64,000 nt of DNA, from positions 3,580 through 67,579 of the forward strand of contig SHYC01000001.1 of NCBI GenBank assembly GCA_009693005.1. The letters run 5' to 3'. Positions 16,936 to 25,100 of the stretch are shown here, one piece after another. Positions within the stretch are counted from its first letter, which is position 1. Every line of letters begins with the position of its first letter. Position numbers and translations under genes: made by a program. The stretch comes from Dehalococcoidia bacterium. Its GTDB lineage: Bacteria; Chloroflexota; Dehalococcoidia; SHYD01; SHYC01. A model generated the notes under the pieces. That model was given only the letters and a program-made list of their open reading frames with translations. It had not been told where the DNA came from and searched no databases.

Positions 16936-18138
16936 ATGGCAGACGGAGCGCTTTCGGGCATAAAAGTCCTGGACCTGACCCACTACATCGCCGGGCCATT
17001 TTGCACCAAGTTTTTTTCGGACTTCGGGGCTGACGTATTGAAGGTGGAAAGACCCGGAACGGGAGATGGGGCAAGACGTACCGGCCCATTTTTTCATGAC
17101 GAGCCTCACCATGAGAAAAGCGCCCTCTTTCTCTTTTTGAATACCAATAAGAAGAGCATGACGCTAAACCTAAAGACCGAGGCTGGCGCAACTATCATAA
17201 AGGAGATGGTCAAAGAGGCCGATGTCCTGGTAGAGAACTTTCGTCCAGGATTCATGGACAGCGTTGGACTGGGATACGACGTGCTGGAGAAGATTAATCC
17301 CAGACTGGTGATGACCTCGATATCCAACTTCGGCCAGACCGGACCGTATCGCGACTACAAGGCCACGGATATGGTTGAATACGCTCTCAGCGGACTTATG
17401 TATGTAATAGGAGATTACGACAGAGAGCCTCTTCGACAGGGCGGCACTCCTGCGCAATACACGACCGGGGAGACCGCGGCTATCTCCACCTTCATGGCGC
17501 TCTCCTTTCAGGAGGAGACCGGGGGGGGTGACCACCTCGACATATCCATTCTCGACTCCATGGTCGCTCCCCAGTTTACCGCCTTGACACCCTACATATT
17601 CTCAGGCGGAGTGATGAGACGGCAACCCAAGATCGGTGGGAAATTTAACGGGAACAACGCGATGGCTACCCAGAACGGTTACGTTATCCCTGTGGTCATG
17701 GGAAATATGGAATGGACCATGTTCGCGCTCTCCGTCGACCTGCTTGATGAGCTTGATAATGAGAAGTTTGACACTCCGGCGGCCCGGGTAGAGAACTCGG
17801 CAGAGCTGGATGAAATATTGTTGAAGCAGTTCCAAAACAAAACAAAAGAGGAGCTATTTCATGAGACGCAGTCCTACGGTTCGGCCTTTGGCCTGGTGAT
17901 GAGCAGCGAAGACCTGGTCAATTGTCCTCATCTGAACGAACGGGGTTTTTTCGTAGAGATAGACCACCCTGCGACTGGCCCTCTTACTTATCCCGGGGCG
18001 CCCTTTAAGCTCAGCGATACCCCCTGGGCCGCCGGACGTGCGCCTCTTCTGGGAGAGCATAACAAGGAGGTATTTGTCGACAAGCTGGGATATTCCCTTG
18101 AGGACATGGACAGACTTAGCGAAGCAGGAATAATTTAG
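16936..18138 (+). CDS. CoA-transferase family III (CaiB/BaiF-type) protein
   Basis: LSGIKVLDLTHYIAGPFCTKFFSDFGADVLKVE N-terminus. GGAGGA ribosome-binding site 7 nt before ATG 16936. The track starts the ORF at TTG 16921. Confidence 0.85.
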   Translation: MADGALSGIKVLDLTHYIAGPFCTKFFSDFGADVLKVERPGTGDGARRTGPFFHDEPHHEKSALFLFLNTNKKSMTLNLKTEAGATIIKEMVKEADVLVENFRPGFMDSVGLGYDVLEKINPRLVMTSISNFGQTGPYRDYKATDMVEYALSGLMYVIGDYDREPLRQGGTPAQYTTGETAAISTFMALSFQEETGGGDHLDISILDSMVAPQFTALTPYIFSGGVMRRQPKIGGKFNGNNAMATQNGYVIPVVMGNMEWTMFALSVDLLDELDNEKFDTPAARVENSAELDEILLKQFQNKTKEELFHETQSYGSAFGLVMSSEDLVNCPHLNERGFFVEIDHPATGPLTYPGAPFKLSDTPWAAGRAPLLGEHNKEVFVDKLGYSLEDMDRLSEAGII

Positions 18139-18147
18139 GAGCTGGAC

Positions 18148-19506
18148 ATGGCAACGAAGTTACCGCTAGAAGGAATCAGAGTGCTGGACGCCTCCATCGT
18201 GTATGCCGGCCCCTACGCCGGGATGCTCTTGGGCGCTATGGGCGCGGAGGTGATTAAGATCGAGGCCATTCAGCGTCCTGACCAGGTCCGCGGGGCCGGC
18301 CTGGGACTTGGCGTTCCGGACAATAAGCCGGAAGGCAATTTCTGGAACCAGGGCGCTATCATTAATGCGACAAACAGGAACAAGAAAGACCTCACGTTAG
18401 ACCTCACCAATCCGAGGGGGATAGAGCTGTTCAAGGAGTTAGTCAAGGTAAGCGACATATTCTTGCAAAACTTTACTCCAAGGGTAGTGAAAAACTTTGG
18501 GCTGACCTATGACGTGCTAAGCGCCATCAATCCATCCCTTATCATGCTCTCCTCCTGCGGCTACGGTGCCACTGGCCCCTACTCCGACTACCGGGCCATG
18601 GGTATGAGCATGGAGGGCGCGATAGGTCTACTATATATTACCGGTTACGAAAACGGCCAGCCGTCAAGGGCAAGAGTGGCCTTTACGGACTTCCAGGCCG
18701 CTCGCTACAACACTCTTGCGATGCTGATTGCTTTACAGCACCGCCGAAAGACCGGCAGAGGCCAGCACATAGACATGGCGCAGTACGAGGCCGGCACATG
18801 GTGGATAGGCCCAGCCATCCTGGACTACACAATGAATGGACGCGTCCAGGACCGAACGGGCAACAAGCATCCCTTCATGGCCCCTCACGGCTGCTACAGA
18901 TGTAGAGGAAGCGACAACTGGGTTACTATAGCTGTAGGCTCAGATGATGAATGGAAGGCGTTATGTGAAACGTTTGAGCAGCCGGCCCTGGCGAATGACC
19001 CGCGCTTTGCAGATTCCCTCAGCCGCCTCAAGCATCAGGACGAGTTGGACGCGATAATAAACGAATGGACATCGCCGCGTGACCAAAACGAGGTGATGAA
19101 TCTGCTTCAGAGTAAGGGTGTAGCCGCCGGAGCGGTGCTCAATGCCAAGGGAGTCCTGTCAGACCCGCATCTCAAAGCGAGGAACATGTGGGAGAAGGTA
19201 ACTCACCGACCGGAGGCTACAAACGTCGGTACCAGGATATTCCCCAGAATGCCCTGGGTCAGCAAGAAGATCGATTTCCCGCCATCTACGCCAGCTCCTG
19301 TCCTCGGCCAGGACAATTACGAGATACTCAACGGAATTCTGGGCCTAACCGATGACCAAATAAATCAGCTGGAGTCAGACGCGGTCATCGGGACTGTCCC
19401 CCCAGACGCGATTGCGCCTCGAGTTGCTCCTGTCGAGCTAATGATACAGCAGGGTCTGATAGAGGAGTTCGATCCGAACTATATGGAGGTGTTGGGCCTG
19501 AAGTAA
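18148..19506 (+). CDS. CoA-transferase family III protein, second paralogue
   Basis: LEGIRVLDASIVYAGPYAGMLLGAMGAEVIKIE. AGGAG ribosome-binding site. Starts 10 nt after the previous gene. Confidence 0.85.
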   Translation: MATKLPLEGIRVLDASIVYAGPYAGMLLGAMGAEVIKIEAIQRPDQVRGAGLGLGVPDNKPEGNFWNQGAIINATNRNKKDLTLDLTNPRGIELFKELVKVSDIFLQNFTPRVVKNFGLTYDVLSAINPSLIMLSSCGYGATGPYSDYRAMGMSMEGAIGLLYITGYENGQPSRARVAFTDFQAARYNTLAMLIALQHRRKTGRGQHIDMAQYEAGTWWIGPAILDYTMNGRVQDRTGNKHPFMAPHGCYRCRGSDNWVTIAVGSDDEWKALCETFEQPALANDPRFADSLSRLKHQDELDAIINEWTSPRDQNEVMNLLQSKGVAAGAVLNAKGVLSDPHLKARNMWEKVTHRPEATNVGTRIFPRMPWVSKKIDFPPSTPAPVLGQDNYEILNGILGLTDDQINQLESDAVIGTVPPDAIAPRVAPVELMIQQGLIEEFDPNYMEVLGLK

Positions 19507-19598
19507 GCGGGTTCGCGAAGGCAGGGAGGGATATTATGTAGAGCTTAATCCATATTCACGGATTATATGGCGCCTTAAACAGGAAGGAGTGTGGGGGA

Positions 19599-21314
19599 AT
19601 GTACAATGTCAGGACGACAATCGGCGCTCTAGCAACTTATATTGTTTTAGTCCTTCTTTTAGTAGCCTGCGGGCCATCGGCTCAGTCTCCAAAGGCCGAC
19701 GGCGAAAAAGAGGTCCCGAAAACCCGCTCCGACACCGCCACGTTGGAGGATGGCCGCGTGCGGGGCGGGAAGTTCCAGTCCGGCGGCGGCTCTTTCGCTA
19801 ACCCCAACGATCCACATCTGGTAGCCACAGCCTCTGGCCGGGGCTTAGCAGTCCCAGTTACCGACCAGCTTGTAAAAATCAACATATACGATCCGAACTT
19901 TGGAATTATCCCAGACCTGGCGAAAAGCTGGGAGGTTGCCCCGGACGGATTGGCGTATACTTTCAAGCTCCAGCAAGGGGTCAAGTTCCATAGCGTGGCC
20001 CCAACCAACGGCAGAGAGTTCACATCAGAGGACGCTAAATACAGCCTCATGCGGATTACTGCCGACCCATCTGTGATAGTCGAAAAGTGGAAGGCGCGCT
20101 TCCAGCGGCGCCTTGAGTTTGGCAAAATCAAGAGCATCGAGACTCCGGACAAGTACACCCTTGTGGTTAAACTTGAGGAACCCTTCGCACCCTTTATGGA
20201 CTCCATCTCTCAATTCGGCACAGTGATGCTGCCCAGAGAGTTCATCGAGAAGTTCCCCGAAAAGATAATTCTGGAGGGCATGGTGGGCACTGGGCCGTTC
20301 ATAGCCGTAGACTACAGGGACCGGCTATTGGCCACCTACAAGAGAAACCCCGACTATTGGAAACAGGACTCGCAGGGACAGCAGCTACCCTATCTGGATG
20401 AGATGGCCTTCGTCGGCTTCTCCGACACCCAGGCGCAATTGGCCGCCTTCCGGGCCGGCCAATTGGATGCCACCGGCGGCACCGAGCTTAACGCGGGCGC
20501 AGTGGTCAGTATCGTCAAGGACAATCCTGGCACCAAGGTCGTCATTACACCAACTGCGGGAATCTTCAACTTTCGGCTCAATACGAAATTCCCGGCCTTC
20601 CAGGATGCTCGCGTGAGAAGAGCGATCCATCTGGCAGTAGACCGCTACCAATTCCTTGAGGTTATAGGTGAGGGAAGAGGAGTAATCTCCGGCCCAATAA
20701 CAGGAAACGTTGGTGGCCTAGGCAACACTACGGACTGGCTGCTCTCCCAGCCCGGCTATCGCAAGGATAAGACTCAGGACATGGAGGATGCCAAGCGATT
20801 GATGAAAGAAGCTGGCTACGAGAGCGGTTTCGAGATGGGAGGACTATTTGGGGCTGGAGGATCAATCGCGGATGAAGTAGCTCTGTTCCAGCAGCAATTC
20901 AAGCTTATCAATATTACCCTGAATGCGCAGATTGTGGATGGCGAAGGCGTGTGGATCCCCAGAGTAAGCGCATGGGACTTTGACACCGCCTATAGAGGCA
21001 CGGCAGTGAGCATCGACCCTGACAGTCTCCTTACTACCCATCTCTCCACCGGGGGCGGCAGGAACTATGGTAAGTACAGCGATCCGGTCATGGACGACCT
21101 CATCCGTAGGCAGAAAGCCATTGTCAACCCGGAGGAGCGGAAAAAGGCACTACAGGATGCTGAGAAGCGGATTATGGAGACGTCCCCCATAAGCTCCACC
21201 TATATCACTAAAAACATAAGCATGGCCCATTCTTGGGTACACAACGCCGGTAATGGCCCCCTCGCTTCCTCAGTCCCTTTGATGTTGGAACAGGCTTGGG
21301 TGGAAAAGCATTAA
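19599..21314 (+). CDS. ABC transporter substrate-binding lipoprotein, family 5 (peptide/opine/nickel type)
   Basis: 571 aa. Lipobox LLLVACG. SBP_bac_5-like architecture. Confidence 0.85.
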   Translation: MYNVRTTIGALATYIVLVLLLVACGPSAQSPKADGEKEVPKTRSDTATLEDGRVRGGKFQSGGGSFANPNDPHLVATASGRGLAVPVTDQLVKINIYDPNFGIIPDLAKSWEVAPDGLAYTFKLQQGVKFHSVAPTNGREFTSEDAKYSLMRITADPSVIVEKWKARFQRRLEFGKIKSIETPDKYTLVVKLEEPFAPFMDSISQFGTVMLPREFIEKFPEKIILEGMVGTGPFIAVDYRDRLLATYKRNPDYWKQDSQGQQLPYLDEMAFVGFSDTQAQLAAFRAGQLDATGGTELNAGAVVSIVKDNPGTKVVITPTAGIFNFRLNTKFPAFQDARVRRAIHLAVDRYQFLEVIGEGRGVISGPITGNVGGLGNTTDWLLSQPGYRKDKTQDMEDAKRLMKEAGYESGFEMGGLFGAGGSIADEVALFQQQFKLINITLNAQIVDGEGVWIPRVSAWDFDTAYRGTAVSIDPDSLLTTHLSTGGGRNYGKYSDPVMDDLIRRQKAIVNPEERKKALQDAEKRIMETSPISSTYITKNISMAHSWVHNAGNGPLASSVPLMLEQAWVEKH

Positions 21315-21489
21315 ACAAGAGTATATATCTGTGGACAATAAGTGAGTTTGGGGAGAGACTGGCTCCTCTTTCACGCACTCACGCGTCCAGGCTCCGCAGC
21401 GGTCAGCGGCGAGCAGGCATGGGTAGACAAGCATAAAACTAGAGTATATATTCATCAACAGATCAGAAGTGTTTGTGGAGGGATGCAGT

Positions 21490-22260
21490 ATGTCGGTACT
21501 TATCTACGAAAAGAAGGACCATATAGCGTATCTGACCCTTAACCGGCCGGAAGCTATGAATGCGCTTAATCGCGAACTCAGGACGGCCCTGGGTGAAGCC
21601 TGGGCAGACTTCGATGACGACAACGACATGTGGATCGCCATTGTAACCGGTGCTGGAGACAGGGCCTTCTGCGCGGGGATGGACCTGAAAGAGCGGGCAT
21701 CCATGGATGCAGCCGGGACGACTGGGCTGCAAGAGCGCGTACCGAGGAGGACGGCGAACCCAGGCGCCATTTGGAAGCCTATCATCGCTGCTATAAACGG
21801 GTTCTGCCTGGCTGGAGGCTTCAACATCGCGATGCAGGCTGATTTCCGCATCTGCGCCGATGATGCGCAGCTGGGAGTACGTGAGGTCAAGCGGGGCCTG
21901 ATGCCCGGCTGGTCGGTCAGCCTGCCCAAGCTGATTGGTCTTGCCCATGCGCTTGAGATAGTGCTCATGGGGGAGTACATCACGCCTCAACGTGCCTACG
22001 AAATGGGTTTCGTTAACAAGGTGGTGCCCAGGGCTGAGCTTATGAGCGAGACGCAGAAATGGGCGGAGGTTATGATTGAAAACGCTCCCTTATCCGTGCG
22101 CGGCCTCAAAGAAGCTCTGCACCGCGGCTTCACTCTGCCGACCCAGGAAGCCAACGTCGTCGCTAACCATATCCTGCACAAGGTAGCGGTGAGTGAGGAT
22201 ATCAAAGAAGGGCCGAAGGCCTTCGCAGAGAAGCGCAAGCCGGCGTGGAAGGGCAGATGA
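21490..22260 (+). CDS. Enoyl-CoA hydratase/isomerase (crotonase) family protein
   Basis: LTLNRPEAMNALN...AIVTGAGDRAFCAGMDLKE. GGAGGGA ribosome-binding site 6 nt before ATG 21490. The track starts at GTG 21469. Confidence 0.85.
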   Translation: MSVLIYEKKDHIAYLTLNRPEAMNALNRELRTALGEAWADFDDDNDMWIAIVTGAGDRAFCAGMDLKERASMDAAGTTGLQERVPRRTANPGAIWKPIIAAINGFCLAGGFNIAMQADFRICADDAQLGVREVKRGLMPGWSVSLPKLIGLAHALEIVLMGEYITPQRAYEMGFVNKVVPRAELMSETQKWAEVMIENAPLSVRGLKEALHRGFTLPTQEANVVANHILHKVAVSEDIKEGPKAFAEKRKPAWKGR

Positions 22261-22332
22261 TCCCAGAGTTTAGACAAAATTCGAGACAGTATCAATACGG
22301 TAAATCCATAAATATGTAAGGAGGATAAGTCG

Positions 22333-23097
22333 ATGGCAGCAGTAGAGTACGAGAAGCGTGGACACGTGGCCATTATAACCATCAACCGGCCCGAACGAAT
22401 GAATTCGCTGGGCGCGCTGGTGACGAATGGCCTCAACCAGTCCTTTGAGCAGGCAAACACGGATGACGACATCCGCGCCATTGTGTTAACAGGAGCGGGG
22501 GACCGCGCGTTCTGCGCCGGCGGCGACCTGAAGGACATGGCCGATAGGGCCGCCCTGGGAGAGGAGGCAACTCGCCCACAGGGAAGAGACATTATCGGCA
22601 GTTTCGAGCTGAAGAAGCCGGTGATAGCAGCCGTAAACGGCTACTGCCTGGGCGGCGGCTTGGGCATCGCCATGAGGTGCGATATCAGAGTCGCCTCTGA
22701 GAACGCCAGCTTCGGACTACCGGAGGTGAAGCGCGGCATTCACTCCCCAGCCTGGAACGCCGCTAACTTGCTCCCAGGTTCACTGGCCATGGAGATCGGG
22801 ATAGTGGGTGACCCAATAGATGCGAAGAGAGCTTACGAAGTGGGTCTGGTCAGTCGCCTCGTTCCGCAAGGACAAGCGCTAGAGGAGGGTATCAGAGTCG
22901 CTGAGGCGATCGCCGAGAACGCTCCGGTTGCAGTCAAGGTCATGATGAATGAGGTGCGCCGCATACTCCACCACCGCACCGACCCACTGGAAGACGTCGT
23001 CAGCTACGGCGTCAAAGAATGTTTTGACACGGAGGATTCCAAGGAGGGCGCGCGGGCCTTCGCGGAGAAGCGCAGGCCGGTATTCCACGGTAGATAA
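22333..23097 (+). CDS. Enoyl-CoA hydratase/isomerase family protein, second paralogue
   Basis: ITINRPERMNSLG...VLTGAGDRAFCAGGDLKD. GGAGGA ribosome-binding site. Confidence 0.85.
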   Translation: MAAVEYEKRGHVAIITINRPERMNSLGALVTNGLNQSFEQANTDDDIRAIVLTGAGDRAFCAGGDLKDMADRAALGEEATRPQGRDIIGSFELKKPVIAAVNGYCLGGGLGIAMRCDIRVASENASFGLPEVKRGIHSPAWNAANLLPGSLAMEIGIVGDPIDAKRAYEVGLVSRLVPQGQALEEGIRVAEAIAENAPVAVKVMMNEVRRILHHRTDPLEDVVSYGVKECFDTEDSKEGARAFAEKRRPVFHGR

Positions 23098-23199
23098 GAC
23101 CGGCGGATAAGCTCTTTAGGATGTATGACTCGGTTTGTAGAGACGCCACGTGTGGCGTCTCTACTGGTCTGGACAATTATCCTATGAAAGAATGCAGCC

Positions 23200-23571
23200 A
23201 TGAGACCTTCACGCGCTTTGACAGCTAACCTGCAATTTAATATAGACTACGAGAACAAAGAGTCTGTACAAGAACTGTTGGGCGGCGCAGGACAAACAGT
23301 CTTGGACCAGGTCCTGCACCTCGCCAACACTGTAAGCAAAAAACGCGGCTGGCCGCTGACCAAGGTACGGCTTCAGCGCTACAAAGATTATGAGCTGCCG
23401 AGCTGGGGATACATTCTGGTCATAATTGTCTTCGACTGTACATTTGAGGTTGCAGATGAATACCTGCATGAGTTCTATAAACACTCGGACAATTTGACCA
23501 GCCAACTGGACGGAAAAGAGAAAGAAGCAATCTATAGGCTTTTATCCTTTGACATCGAGAGCACGGCCTAG
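23200..23571 (+). CDS. Hypothetical small protein, A1 copy of a tandemly duplicated A-B module
   Basis: 123 aa (NLQFNIDYENKESVQELLG...KKRGWPLTKVRLQRYKDYELP...). Roughly 85 percent identical to 23794..24177. Confidence 0.5.
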   Translation: MRPSRALTANLQFNIDYENKESVQELLGGAGQTVLDQVLHLANTVSKKRGWPLTKVRLQRYKDYELPSWGYILVIIVFDCTFEVADEYLHEFYKHSDNLTSQLDGKEKEAIYRLLSFDIESTA

Positions 23572-23818
23572 CGTTCCACCTATAGACCCTAGAGATTACT
23601 TAGACTTAGCAAAGAGACTCGCCGCTCAATCGGACGTGGCATCGGTACGCACCGCTGCCGACAGAGCCTATTATGCGGCCTTTCTCTTTAGCACAGATCA
23701 ATGCCGCTCCTTCCCCATCTGCTTGCAAACTCTGGTCCCACGTGGAGCATTTGTCGAGTGGAATGGAAAAATACCTTATGATAGAATGCAGCCATGGGAC
23801 CTTCACGCTCTTCTATAA
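23549..23818 (+). pseudogene. Truncated HEPN-like gene, B1 copy. Only the first ~55 codons match B2; the remainder is read-through into the duplication junction.
   Basis: DPRDYLDLAKRLAAQSDVASVRTAADRAYYAAFLFS matches B2, then the sequence diverges into the start region of the next A copy. Confidence 0.4.
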
Positions 23819-24177
23819 CTAACCTGCAATTCAACATAGACTACGAGAACAAAGAGTCTATACAAGAACTGTTAGGAGACGTAGGGCAAACAGTCTTGGA
23901 CAAGGTCCTGCGCTTCGCTGAGGCTCTCAGCAAAAAACGCGGCTGGCCGCTCACCAAGGTGCGACTTCAGCGCTACACAGATTATGAGCTGCCTGGCCGG
24001 GAATACATTCTGGTAATAATGGTTTTTGATTGTACCTTTGATACCGCAGATAAATACCTTCATGAGTTTTGCAACAAGTTAGATCTACTAAGCAAAAAAA
24101 TGAGCGACGACGACCAGGTTGTGCTGAGGAGGCTCATCTTCTTTGACATCGCAACAACTGAGTTTCTCAAGGGTTGA
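23794..24177 (+). CDS. Hypothetical small protein, A2 copy
   Basis: 127 aa paralogue of 23200..23571. Confidence 0.5.
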   Translation: MGPSRSSITNLQFNIDYENKESIQELLGDVGQTVLDKVLRFAEALSKKRGWPLTKVRLQRYTDYELPGREYILVIMVFDCTFDTADKYLHEFCNKLDLLSKKMSDDDQVVLRRLIFFDIATTEFLKG

Positions 24178-24607
24178 TCCACGCACATATCTAGATCTCG
24201 CTAAAACTCTTGCTTCCCAGTCGGACGCAGCCTCAAGGCGTTCTGCCGTTGATAGGGCATATTATGCTGCATTTCTATTCAGCCGAGATGAGCTCGCTGC
24301 CAAAGTCTACATCACTCCTTACTATTCCACGGAGGATCATGGGTACATATCCGACAATTTGAGATTACATGTGGCTCTTGACATTGGCAACAGTGAAGAG
24401 CGGCTCAGACGCGCCAGAAACAGCATAACTTACAATACAAGAGTTATTACTTTAGACTTGTCGCTTCGGGCAATTATAGATATGGCGGAAAGGGTTATTC
24501 AGGCAGTAGCCACATTACGGGCCAGAAATCAGTATATGCGTGTACGTTGTGGCTATAGATCGCTTGTCTCGTTAAAGCATGATCATTCTAATCGTCTACG
24601 ACAATAG
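24143..24607 (+). CDS. HEPN-like domain protein, B2 copy. Its start overlaps the 3' end of A2, a toxin-antitoxin-like layout.
   Basis: An N-terminal helix with SAVDRAYYAAFLFS and a C-terminal LRRARNSITYN, which resembles the HEPN R-N-x3-Y variant of the Rx4-6H motif. The only start is TTG. Confidence 0.5.
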   Translation: MTSQQLSFSRVDPRTYLDLAKTLASQSDAASRRSAVDRAYYAAFLFSRDELAAKVYITPYYSTEDHGYISDNLRLHVALDIGNSEERLRRARNSITYNTRVITLDLSLRAIIDMAERVIQAVATLRARNQYMRVRCGYRSLVSLKHDHSNRLRQ

Positions 24608-25100
24608 AGGCGTAGCCATGGTGCCGCTGGCCCAAGCCATTGCCAGGGGCGCGGAAGCGGTGGCCGGCTCGCAGGTGTGGCTCAGGACTATAGACGAGGC
24701 CACGCCTGATGAGCTTTCGCAGTGCGATGCTCTCGTGCTTGGCTCTCCCAACTGGAGCGGCATGACGTCCAAGATGAAGGACTGGATGGACTCCGGCGAG
24801 GACTTCTGGGAGAAGAAGCTGCTGGTGGGCAAGGTGGGAGCGGCATTTACCTCCAGCCGCTTCCGCTCCGCCGGTAACGAGCAGACCCTTTTGCAGTTGG
24901 TGCACCTGTTTATGGCCAACGGCATGTTCCCGGTGGGGCTGCCCTGGGACCATAAGATGAGAGTATCATCGGCCTCATACTACGGCGCTGCATCGGTGGG
25001 ACAGCCCACAGAGGACGACCTGGCCCTTGCGGAAGCCCTGGGATCAAGGGTAGCGGAAGCCGCGGTACGCATAAGGCGGAGAGAACTGGGGGAGTTTTAG
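24579..25100 (+). CDS. Flavodoxin-like fold protein (WrbA / NAD(P)H-quinone oxidoreductase-like)
   Basis: MIILIVYDNRG...LVLGSPNWSGMTSKMKDWMD... Confidence 0.7.
   Translation: MIILIVYDNRGVAMVPLAQAIARGAEAVAGSQVWLRTIDEATPDELSQCDALVLGSPNWSGMTSKMKDWMDSGEDFWEKKLLVGKVGAAFTSSRFRSAGNEQTLLQLVHLFMANGMFPVGLPWDHKMRVSSASYYGAASVGQPTEDDLALAEALGSRVAEAAVRIRRRELGEF

Noticed and set aside
21463-22592. Minus-strand ORFs of 159-198 aa opposite the two crotonase genes
   Set aside because: Antisense to well-supported enoyl-CoA hydratase genes.
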